Assembly (NCBI GenBank): GCA_965224245.1
Contig: OZ245046.1
Location: 480,001-544,000, forward strand
Direction: 5' to 3'
Length of the DNA: 64,000 bases
From: Candidatus Eiseniibacteriota bacterium
GTDB taxonomy: Bacteria > Eisenbacteria > RBG-16-71-46 > CAZAMP01
In this document: positions 27,880 to 35,803 of the stretch, in pieces
Layout: every line of letters begins with the position of its first letter
Position numbering within the stretch: position 1 is the stretch's first letter
Position numbers and translations under genes: made by a program
Notes under the pieces: model-generated
Databases searched by the model: none
Seen by the model: only the letters and a program-made list of their open reading frames with translations
What the model was told of the DNA's origin: nothing

Positions 27880-28230
27880 GTGGGCCAGATCCGCATCGCC
27901 GACCTGAGCGTGGAGGTGCGTCTGGGCGCGCTCCCCGAGGAGCAGATCTCGCCTCAGACCGTTCAGCTCGACCTGAACATCACCACCGACGTCCGGGCCT
28001 CCGCAGGCGGGGACCGGCTCGAGGACGCGGTAAACTACATCGAGGTCGCAGAGGTCGCGCGCCGGGAGGCGAGTCGCGACTGTCACCTCCTCGAGACGCT
28101 CGTCGCGCGCGTGTGCGACGCGGTGAAGGTGCTCCCGGGGGTCGACGCCGTCGAGGTGCGCGCGCGGAAGCGCTACCTGCCGCGCATGGGTCCGGTGGGG
28201 CACGTGGAAGTCGTCATGGAGTCGTCGTGA
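27880..28230 (+). CDS. folB: Dihydroneopterin aldolase
   Basis: LGALPEEQ..Q, LEDAVNY, LLETL; precedes folK. Confidence 0.88.
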   Translation: MGQIRIADLSVEVRLGALPEEQISPQTVQLDLNITTDVRASAGGDRLEDAVNYIEVAEVARREASRDCHLLETLVARVCDAVKVLPGVDAVEVRARKRYLPRMGPVGHVEVVMESS

Positions 28231-28736
28231 ACGGGATCTTCGTCGGACTGGGATCCAACCTGGGCGATCGCGAGCAGGCCATCCGCCGCGCGCTGGCTCA
28301 GCTGGGGAAGCTCCCCGGGACCCGGCTGCGGCGCGTGTCGTCGCTCTACGACACCGACCCGGTCGGCGTGATGGACCAGCCTGCGTTTCTGAACGCGGTG
28401 GCCGAGCTCGAGAGCGAGCTGGAGCCGGCCGAGATCCTGTGGCACCTGATGCTGATCGAGTCCCGTCTGGGACGGCGCCGCGAGCAACGGTGGGGGCCAC
28501 GCACGATCGACCTCGATCTTCTCCTGCACGGGGACCGGATCATCGTCTCGGACGAGCTGGTGATCCCGCACCCCGAGATGCACCACCGTGGGTTCGTGCT
28601 CTTGCCCATGGCCGAGCTGGCGCCACGCCTCGTTCATCCGACCGAGCAGCGCACGATGCGCGATCTCCTGCACGCGTGGGGTGAGTTCGATCAGGTGCGG
28701 TTCCTCGGGCGATTCTGGTACCAGGACGTCCGATGA
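28227..28736 (+). CDS. folK: 2-amino-4-hydroxy-6-hydroxymethyldihydropteridine diphosphokinase
   Basis: GLGSNLGDR, QPAFLNAV, RWGPRTIDLDLL, IPHP..RGFVL. Confidence 0.96.
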   Translation: MNGIFVGLGSNLGDREQAIRRALAQLGKLPGTRLRRVSSLYDTDPVGVMDQPAFLNAVAELESELEPAEILWHLMLIESRLGRRREQRWGPRTIDLDLLLHGDRIIVSDELVIPHPEMHHRGFVLLPMAELAPRLVHPTEQRTMRDLLHAWGEFDQVRFLGRFWYQDVR

Positions 28737-29377
28737 ACGCGCCGGATTGCCTCGCCGTCGAGGGCGTCATCGGCGTCGGGAAGACCACCCTCGCGCGCCT
28801 CCTGGCCGATCGGATCGGGGCCCGGCTCCTTCTCGAGGAGGTCGAGGAGAACCCGTTTCTCGAGTCCTTTTACAAGGACATGCGCCGCTACGCGTTTCAG
28901 ACCCAGATGTTCTTCCTGACCAGCCGTTACCGACAGCAGCAGGACTTCGTGCAGGGGGACGTGTTCTTCCAGAAGACGGTCAGCGACTACATCTTCCAGA
29001 AGGACCGGATCTTCGCCAACATCACGCTCGACGACCGGGAGCTCGATCTGTACAACCGGATCGTGCCGGTCATGGAGCGGGACATCCCGAAGCCGGATCT
29101 GGTCATCTACCTCCAGGCGAGCCTGGAGGTGCTGATGGCCCGAATCCGAAAGCGCGGACGGAGCTACGAGCACGCGATGGATCCCGAGTACATCGCGACG
29201 CTCGTCGACGCGTACAACTACTTCTTCTTTCACTACACCGACACGCCGCTGCTGGTGATCAACACGAACACGATCGACTTCGTGGCCAGCGAGTCGGATT
29301 TCGAGGCCGTCATGGCGGCGATCGAGGCCCATCCCGGCGGAACGGTGTACCACACACCCGGGCAGGAGGGATCCTGA
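28733..29377 (+). CDS. Deoxynucleoside kinase
   Basis: VEGVIGVGKTTL, ENPFL, FQTQMFFL, KDRIFA, PDLVIYL, RIRKRGR. Confidence 0.92.
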   Translation: MNAPDCLAVEGVIGVGKTTLARLLADRIGARLLLEEVEENPFLESFYKDMRRYAFQTQMFFLTSRYRQQQDFVQGDVFFQKTVSDYIFQKDRIFANITLDDRELDLYNRIVPVMERDIPKPDLVIYLQASLEVLMARIRKRGRSYEHAMDPEYIATLVDAYNYFFFHYTDTPLLVINTNTIDFVASESDFEAVMAAIEAHPGGTVYHTPGQEGS

Positions 29378-30181
29378 GTGGGTTCGGATCGAAAATCGGT
29401 CATGACGATCGGCCGCCAGAAGGGGCGCGAGAAGATCGTCGCCGTCTCCGTCTACGACTACCCGACCGCCAAGCTCGTGGATGCCGCCGGCGTCGACCTG
29501 ATTCTCGTGGGCGACTCGCTCGGCAACGTCGTGCTGGGATACGAGAGCACGCTTCCGGTCACCATGGACGACATGATGCACCACTGCCGAGCGGTCATGC
29601 GGGCGCGTCCGAAGGCCGTCGTGGTCGCGGACATGCCGTATCTGTCGTTCCAGCTCGGGGTCGGCGAGGCGGTTCGGAACGCCGGCCGCTTCATCAAGGA
29701 GGCGGGGGTCGACGCGGTCAAGATCGAGCGCGGGCTCTTCGCCGACGCCGCGCACGCGATGGTGCAGGCGTCGATCCCGGTGGTCGGTCACGTCGGGCTG
29801 ACGCCGCAGTCGGTGCTCCACTACGGGGGCTTCCGGGTGCAGGGCCGCTCCGAGTCGGGCGCGCGACTGATCGTCGACGAGGCCCGGGCGCTCGAGGCCG
29901 CCGGATGCTTCGCGATCGTGCTGGAAGGAATCCCGCGGGCGCTGGCCGCCGACATCACCTCGCAGCTCTCGATCCCGACGATCGGCATCGGTGCCGGCCC
30001 GGGCTGCGACGGACAGATCCAGGTCTTTCACGATCTCTTCGGGCTCGATCCGAGCTTTCATCCCAAGCATGCACGCCGCTACGCGGAGCTCTCGACGGTG
30101 GTCGTCGAGGGCATGGAGCGATTCCGGGACGACGTGCGCGAGGGCCGGTTCCCGAGCGAGGACGAGTCGTTCGGTGACTGA
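29378..30181 (+). CDS. panB: 3-methyl-2-oxobutanoate hydroxymethyltransferase
   Basis: LVGDSLG, VADMP, GHVGLTPQ, IGIGAG..DGQ; alternative start ATG 29402. Confidence 0.96.
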   Translation: MGSDRKSVMTIGRQKGREKIVAVSVYDYPTAKLVDAAGVDLILVGDSLGNVVLGYESTLPVTMDDMMHHCRAVMRARPKAVVVADMPYLSFQLGVGEAVRNAGRFIKEAGVDAVKIERGLFADAAHAMVQASIPVVGHVGLTPQSVLHYGGFRVQGRSESGARLIVDEARALEAAGCFAIVLEGIPRALAADITSQLSIPTIGIGAGPGCDGQIQVFHDLFGLDPSFHPKHARRYAELSTVVVEGMERFRDDVREGRFPSEDESFGD

Positions 30182-31118
30182 TCGAGCGCCGGTGCCCGGG
30201 CGTCTGCGCGTCGTGCGGACGGTTCGCGCGATGCGGGAGCTGGGGCATGCCACGCGATGCGAGGGTCACCGGATCGGCTTCGTGCCGACGATGGGAGCGC
30301 TCCACGAGGGGCATCTCTCCCTGGTGCGCACGGCCCGGGCCGAGTGTGATCGTGTCGTGGTGAGCATCTTCGTGAACCCTGCTCAGTTCGGTCCCGGTGA
30401 GGACTTCGCCTCGTATCCCCGGACGTTCGCGCGGGACAGGCGGCTGGCCGCCGAGGCCGGCGCGGACGTGATCTTCGCCCCCAGCGCGCCTCGCATGTAT
30501 CCGCGGCCGAGGATGACCGCGATCGCGGTGCCGTCGCTCCAGGAGGCGCTCTGCGGGCGCACGCGGCCGGGCCACTTCGACGGCGTGTGTCTGGTGGTGG
30601 CCAAGCTCCTCAACCTCGTCGAACCCGATCGGCTGTATCTCGGTCAGAAGGACGCGCAGCAGGCCACGATCCTGACCCGGATGATCACCGACCTGAACTT
30701 CCCGGTGCGCGTGCGTGTGTGTCGGACGGTCCGCGAGGCCGACGGGCTGGCGCTCAGCTCCCGCAACCAGTACCTGACGGTGGACGAGCGCGCGTACGCG
30801 CCGTCGCTCTACCGGTCGCTCCGCGCCGCCCGCGCGCGCGTCGCGGACGGGGAGCGACGCGCGGCGGCGGTTCGCCGCGTCCTGCGGGCGGGTCTCCGGG
30901 CCCCGCGCGCGCTGGCCGATCGCGTTCGCGTCGACTACGCCGAGGTCGTCGACCGCCAGGACCTGGCGCCCGTGACGTCGATCGATCGCGACGTGCTGAT
31001 CGCCGTGGCGGTCCACGTGGGACGGGCGCGCCTGATCGACAACGTCGTCGCCAAACCACCGCGGAAGTCGATCGCCCGGACGCGACCGGCCGGCCGCGCG
31101 AGGAGACACACCCCATGA
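30174..31118 (+). CDS. panC: Pantoate--beta-alanine ligase
   Basis: VPTMGALHEGH, IFVNPAQF, RPGHFDGV, GQKDAQQ, GLALSSRN, RLIDN. Confidence 0.96.
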   Translation: MTDRAPVPGRLRVVRTVRAMRELGHATRCEGHRIGFVPTMGALHEGHLSLVRTARAECDRVVVSIFVNPAQFGPGEDFASYPRTFARDRRLAAEAGADVIFAPSAPRMYPRPRMTAIAVPSLQEALCGRTRPGHFDGVCLVVAKLLNLVEPDRLYLGQKDAQQATILTRMITDLNFPVRVRVCRTVREADGLALSSRNQYLTVDERAYAPSLYRSLRAARARVADGERRAAAVRRVLRAGLRAPRALADRVRVDYAEVVDRQDLAPVTSIDRDVLIAVAVHVGRARLIDNVVAKPPRKSIARTRPAGRARRHTP

Positions 31119-31906
31119 ACTCGACACCCGACCCTCATCCATCGAGATCGCGCACGCGTGCGGCGGCCCGCGTGGCCGTCGTCCTCGCCGCGGGCGAGGG
31201 CAAGCGGATGAAGAGCCCCCTGCCGAAGGTGCTCCATCCGATCGGTGGCCGGCCGATGATCTGTCACGTCCTCGATCGCGCCCGTGAGGCCGGTTTCGAG
31301 CGGCGGATCGTCGTGGTCGGGCACGGTCGCGACCAGGTTCAGGCCGCGCTCGCGGACTACGGCGTCGAGTTCGCCGTGCAGGCCGAGCAGCTCGGCACCG
31401 GACACGCGGTGGACATGGCTGCGCCGCTCCTCGACGGCTTCACCGGCGAGGTGGCGGTCCTGTGTGGTGACGTCCCGCTTCTGTCGCGCGCCACCATCGA
31501 TGCGCTGGCCAGGACGCACGAGGCCGGCGGCTACGCGGCCACCGTCCTGACGTTCCGCCCACGGGATCCCACCGGATACGGCCGCATCTACCGGGACGCG
31601 ACCGGCGATCTGGCGAAGATCGTCGAGCAGCGCGATCTCCCCGAGGGCGAGGAGGCGCCCGGCGAGGTCAACTCGGGCACCTACTGCTTCCGCTGGTCCA
31701 CGGTGAGGCCCTTGTTGAAAGAGCTGGAGACCGAGAACCAGCAGGGGGAGTACTATCTGACCGACACGGTTGCGATGCTGCGCGCCGCGGGGCATCGTGT
31801 GGGAGCCCACCTGACGGACGATCCGATCGAGGTGAGCGGGGTCAACAGCCCCGCCCAGCTCGCCGAGCTCGAGGTGCACTTCCAGGCCCGCCTCCGCGGG
31901 GCGTGA
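31115..31906 (+). CDS. GlmU-type sugar-phosphate nucleotidyltransferase, N-terminal domain only
   Basis: LAAGEGKRMKS..PKVLH, QLGTGHA, GDVP, GYGRI, NQQGEYYLTD, GVN; ends before any hexapeptide acetyltransferase domain. Confidence 0.88.
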   Translation: MNSTPDPHPSRSRTRAAARVAVVLAAGEGKRMKSPLPKVLHPIGGRPMICHVLDRAREAGFERRIVVVGHGRDQVQAALADYGVEFAVQAEQLGTGHAVDMAAPLLDGFTGEVAVLCGDVPLLSRATIDALARTHEAGGYAATVLTFRPRDPTGYGRIYRDATGDLAKIVEQRDLPEGEEAPGEVNSGTYCFRWSTVRPLLKELETENQQGEYYLTDTVAMLRAAGHRVGAHLTDDPIEVSGVNSPAQLAELEVHFQARLRGA

Positions 31907-32394
31907 ACGAAGGTCGCGTGGCGAAGCGAAGGAAAAGGGCGGGGAGCTCGAAGGCGCGACGCATCAACGGTGCGCGCCTGGGGGCCTGGGTCGCGCTGGC
32001 GATCCTCGTGCCGCTCCTGGCGGTGCTGGGCGTCAGCACCTGGAGCCGGCACGTTCCGCGCTCGAGCTCGGCGGCCACGGTCGGCGGGGCCGAGCTGGAT
32101 CCGGCGTCGTTCTGCATCGTCATTCGCAACGGGAACGGTCGCCACGGAGAGGCCTCGCGCGCGGCCTCGATGCTTCGTGGGCGCGGCTTCCGGGTGGAGG
32201 ACACCCTGAACGCCGATCGGTTCGACTACCCGCACACGCTGGTCGTCGATTGCGGCGGCAACGCCGCGCACGCGGGGGCGGTCGCCGAGGCGCTCGGGGG
32301 CGTCGCCGTGGTTCGTCAGCGTCGCGAGTTTCCGTGCGGCGTCGAGGTCGTGCTGGGTGAGGACTGGTCGTCGGTGGACGAGTGGTCGAAGTGA
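31903..32394 (+). CDS. LytR C-terminal domain-containing membrane protein
   Basis: One TM, then VIRNGNG..A..LRGRGF..NADRFDY..VEVVLGED. Confidence 0.8.
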   Translation: MNEGRVAKRRKRAGSSKARRINGARLGAWVALAILVPLLAVLGVSTWSRHVPRSSSAATVGGAELDPASFCIVIRNGNGRHGEASRAASMLRGRGFRVEDTLNADRFDYPHTLVVDCGGNAAHAGAVAEALGGVAVVRQRREFPCGVEVVLGEDWSSVDEWSK

Positions 32395-32406
32395 GGAGTC
32401 TCCGAC

Positions 32407-32601
32407 ATGGGACCGTTGGGCTTTCGTGAGCTGCTGATCATCGTGTTTCTGATCGTGATCCTGTTCGGCGCGAGGCGCATTCCCGAGCTGATGCGTTCGC
32501 TCGGAACGGGCTTTCGCGAGTTCAAGCAGGGGATCTCCGGCGCGGACGAGAATCCGCCCACCCAGAAGGAGATCGACCAGGAGGAGAAGAAGCACTCGTA
32601 G
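32407..32601 (+). CDS. tatA: Twin-arginine translocase TatA/E
   Basis: ELLIIVFLIVILFGARRIPELMRSLG.GFREFK; GAGGAG RBS. Confidence 0.93.
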   Translation: MGPLGFRELLIIVFLIVILFGARRIPELMRSLGTGFREFKQGISGADENPPTQKEIDQEEKKHS

Positions 32602-32746
32602 CGACGCGGGCGCCACCGCGGTTGCAAGGCTCGGAGCACCCTCGGTCGTTCGGAACGCGGTTCGGGTCGGGCGCGATTCCCGCGGATGCGCTATCCTCGT
32701 ACGGTTCCCCCACACCCGCACCTCATCCCCCTGGAGGTTTTCAGCC

Positions 32747-34549
32747 ATGCGTGGCTCCCCACCGTCCCCTGCGATCGTGGCCGTCCTCGCTCTCGTCCTC
32801 CTCTCGACCGCGCCCGCGGTCGCCGGCGAGGTCGCCCCCACGTTTCAGATCCGGGAGATCGATGCCGAGCGATCGGCGCGAACCCTCCACTGGCTCGCGG
32901 CCGCGCCCGAGGAGCGTGCCGACACCCGGGTCTGGGTATTTCTGACCGACAAGAACGTCTTCGACTCGGAGAGCTGTGATGCACGCCTCGATGCGCTCGA
33001 GGCCACGCTCGATCCCCACGCGGCGCGGCGCCGGCACAGGTCGATGGGAACGCGTCCGGTCGACTTCCACGACCTTCCGGTTGCCGACGTCCACGTGGCC
33101 GCGATCGAGGCGCTCGGTGCCCGCGTGCACCGCCGGAGCCGCTGGCTGAACGCCGTCAGCGTCGAGGCGTCACTCGACGTGCTCGAGCGGGTGGCGTCCG
33201 AGCCCTTCGTGGCCTGGCTCGAGCCGGTTCGCGGCTATCGGTTCACTCCGCCGACACCCGATCTCGACGCACCGGCGCCGCCGCCGTCGACGCGGCGGGT
33301 CGGGGACATCTTCGACTATGGCACCTCGCGCGATCAGCTGGCCGAGATCGGCGTCATCGACGCACACAACCTCGGCTACTCGGGCGCGGGCGTGCGGGTG
33401 GCCATGCTCGACACGGGCTTCTACTACGATCACGAGGCCTTCGCGACGTGCCTGTCCGACGGGCGGCTGATCGCACAGTGGGACTTCATCCAGGACGACG
33501 GCGACACGCAGAACGACGGATCTCCCGCCGACGCCGATCAGCACAACCACGGCACCTACACGTGGTCCACCACCGGCGGCCTGGCCGAGGGCGAGGTGAT
33601 CGGACCCGCCTACGGGGCCGAGTTCCTGCTCGCGAAGACCGAGGAGGTCTACGACGAGCACTCGGGCGAGGAGGACAACTGGGTCGCCGCCCTCGAGTGG
33701 GCCGACACGAACGGGGCCGACGTGATCTCGAGCTCGCTCGGCTGGATCGACTGGTACACCTGGGCCGACCTCGACGGGAACACCGCGCCGTCCACGATCG
33801 CGGTCGATCTGGCGGTCGGGCGCGGGATCGTCGTGTGCAACTCGGCCGGCAACGAGGGCACGCAGGACTGGCACTACGTCATCGTGCCCGCCGACGCCGA
33901 CTCCGTCATCTCGGTGGGCGCCGTCGACGAGTTCAACGTGCTCGCGGACTTCTCGAGCCACGGACCCACCGACGACGGTCGCACCAAGCCCGAGGTGGTT
34001 GCGCGCGGCGTCAGCACGTACTGTGCGATTCCGCCCGAGCTGGGCGCGTCGTACTGGTGGCTCTCGGGCACGTCGCTGTCGTGTCCCCTGGTGTCCGGCT
34101 GCGCGGCGCTCGTCGTCGAGGCGCGCCCGGCGGCATCCGCGGCACAGATCCGCCTGGCGCTGATGGCCACGGCCGACAACGCGTCCACACCCGACAACGA
34201 CCGGGGATGGGGGCGGATCGACGTCGCGGCCGCGATCGAGTACCTCGCCGCGGCGTCGACTCCGGCCACCGGTCCGCTCGTGGCCTCGGGGCTGCGCGCC
34301 ACGCCGAACCCGACGCGCCGGTCGACACGCATCGAGTACCGGCTGCCGGCGACCGGCGGCGACGCCGACCTCGAGCTCTACGGGGCGAACGGACGGCTCG
34401 TGCGGCACTTCGTCGTCACGGCCGGCGGCGGAGGCGTGAGCTGGGACGGTCGCGACGCGGACGGACAGCCGGTCGCCCCCGGCGTCTATCTCGTCCGCCT
34501 CACTGCCGGCGAGTGGCGCGCGACGACGAAGGTGGTCGTGCAGCCGTGA
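32747..34549 (+). CDS. Secreted S8 (subtilisin-like) serine peptidase with C-terminal FlgD-Ig/T9SS-like domain
   Basis: Signal peptide; triad MLDTG, HNHGT, SGTSLSCP; oxyanion SAGN; C-terminal PNP..GRLVR..WDGRD..GVY. Confidence 0.92.
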   Translation: MRGSPPSPAIVAVLALVLLSTAPAVAGEVAPTFQIREIDAERSARTLHWLAAAPEERADTRVWVFLTDKNVFDSESCDARLDALEATLDPHAARRRHRSMGTRPVDFHDLPVADVHVAAIEALGARVHRRSRWLNAVSVEASLDVLERVASEPFVAWLEPVRGYRFTPPTPDLDAPAPPPSTRRVGDIFDYGTSRDQLAEIGVIDAHNLGYSGAGVRVAMLDTGFYYDHEAFATCLSDGRLIAQWDFIQDDGDTQNDGSPADADQHNHGTYTWSTTGGLAEGEVIGPAYGAEFLLAKTEEVYDEHSGEEDNWVAALEWADTNGADVISSSLGWIDWYTWADLDGNTAPSTIAVDLAVGRGIVVCNSAGNEGTQDWHYVIVPADADSVISVGAVDEFNVLADFSSHGPTDDGRTKPEVVARGVSTYCAIPPELGASYWWLSGTSLSCPLVSGCAALVVEARPAASAAQIRLALMATADNASTPDNDRGWGRIDVAAAIEYLAAASTPATGPLVASGLRATPNPTRRSTRIEYRLPATGGDADLELYGANGRLVRHFVVTAGGGGVSWDGRDADGQPVAPGVYLVRLTAGEWRATTKVVVQP

Positions 34550-34555
34550 CTCTCA

Positions 34556-34597
34556 CATCGGGCCCGATGCGCCGATCGGGCCCGATGCGCCGATCGG
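34556..34597. repeat. 18 bp tandem repeat (about 2.3 copies) with palindromic core
   Basis: ATCGGGCCCGATGCGCCG at 34557 and 34575, partial at 34593; CATCGGGCCCGATG is a perfect palindrome. Confidence 0.85.
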
Positions 34598-34732
34598 CCG
34601 ACTCCGCGGGGGAGCCGGTGCGATGAAATGAGACGGGCCATCGGTCAGCGCGTCTCGCACGGTCCAGACAGAGGGAAGCCACCACCCACGTCCGTGCGCC
34701 CGGGGCGCTCCAGATCGATCAGCCCGGCCGCG

Positions 34733-35440
34733 TCAGTACTGGAACCGTACCCCACCGCGCAGATAGGTCCCGCTGGCCCGCGCCGTGTATCGGATCGTCG
34801 CGAACCCGTCGTCATCTTCCTTGTGCGGCTGCGAGCGGACGTAGCCGGCCTCGCCGAAGAGGCTCACCTGGTCGTCGATCGGCTGCTCGATGCCGCCTCC
34901 GAGGTGCCAGCCGAGTCCGAAGAACGTGTCGTGGGTGATGCCGCGGTCGGAGCGGCCCGAGTAGTGCAGGGCATCGCCGTCCGCCGCGCGCAGGTGGAGG
35001 ATGTTCCACGAGAGGCCGGCCTCCGCGAAGGGTACGGGCCCCGTGCGGCCGGTCGGGAAGCGCATGCGTCCGACGACGCCGAGCCTGAGCAGGTGGACCG
35101 ACGATGCGTACGCGTTCGTGGATCCCTCGATCGGGATGTCGTACGGCCCGTCGAGGTCCTCGGCCTCGCCCGACGAGTTGTAGCGCGATCGGTAGAAGTA
35201 GTCGGTCGCGAAGCCGAACTCGAACGTCTCGGCCGATCGTGTCGCGAGCTCGAGCCCGCCGTAGATGCCGCCGTCGGCGCCGGTGGCACTGGGGTCGTAC
35301 GCGCCGAGCTTGACCGACGTGACGGTTCCCTGCCCCCAGCTGTGCCAGTGCCGTGCGGACGCGACGCCGGGATCGGTGAGGGTGACCGCGAGCGCGATCA
35401 GCGCGGCGGGGGGTAGCGCTCTGGCGAGATGGCGGGACAT
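34733..35440 (-). CDS. Small outer-membrane beta-barrel protein (OmpA/OmpW-like)
   Basis: Signal peptide, about 8 amphipathic strands, PFAEAG, C-terminal YLRGGVRFQY; GGAGGAG RBS. Confidence 0.8.
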   Translation of the reverse strand: MSRHLARALPPAALIALAVTLTDPGVASARHWHSWGQGTVTSVKLGAYDPSATGADGGIYGGLELATRSAETFEFGFATDYFYRSRYNSSGEAEDLDGPYDIPIEGSTNAYASSVHLLRLGVVGRMRFPTGRTGPVPFAEAGLSWNILHLRAADGDALHYSGRSDRGITHDTFFGLGWHLGGGIEQPIDDQVSLFGEAGYVRSQPHKEDDDGFATIRYTARASGTYLRGGVRFQY

Positions 35441-35554
35441 GGTGCGCTCCTCCAGGACGTGGTGGTCGACGCGAACGGGAACCGCGAGAGTCCGGGCGCC
35501 AGGGTGTCGGCGAAAGTCGAGGCCCGGACCCTCGCGGCATTCGGCCCCTGGAGC

Positions 35555-35570
35555 AGCAAGGTGCGGGCCA
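35555..35570 (-). promoter_or_regulatory. sigma54 (-24/-12) promoter of the OMP gene
   Basis: Minus strand TGGCCCGCACCTTGCT, i.e. GG-N10-GC, close to the TGGCACG-N4-TTGCW consensus. Confidence 0.65.
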
Positions 35571-35648
35571 CCGCCGCGCGGAGGAGCCTAACGGAAAGGG
35601 TCGTAACCGTTTGCGGTGAGATCCGGAGGTGCAGCCCGTGGCTCCCAC

Positions 35649-35698
35649 GTGGCAGAGGTGCATCGCGGTGCCGCGACACGTGTGGCGTGCGTGCGACA
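35649..35698. promoter_or_regulatory. Putative upstream activator sites for a sigma54 enhancer-binding protein
   Basis: GTGGC-N6-GCATC (35649), ATCGC-N6-GCGAC (35662), TGTGGC-N6-GCGACA (35681); 80-130 bp upstream of the -24 element. Confidence 0.45.
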
Positions 35699-35803
35699 GT
35701 TTCGGGCCCGCGGGGGGCGAGCGGAGGCGGTCGGGTGCGCCCGACGCCGCCGCGAGTCCGCGGGCGCCGAGCGCTCGGCCGGGGGGCGGTTGCTCCCCGG
35801 CGA

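Noticed and set aside
29375-29380. In-frame UGA junctions dNK-panB and dapE-dapD (58669-58675) as selenocysteine read-through
   Set aside because: Both partners are complete known proteins, the UGA does not align with a catalytic Cys, and no SECIS is evident.
34556-34597. CRISPR-like repeat
   Set aside because: The units are directly adjacent with no spacers, there are only about two copies, and no cas genes are present.
34628-35416. 262 aa plus-strand ORF opposite the OMP gene
   Set aside because: The minus-strand ORF has the signal peptide, RBS, barrel pattern and promoter.
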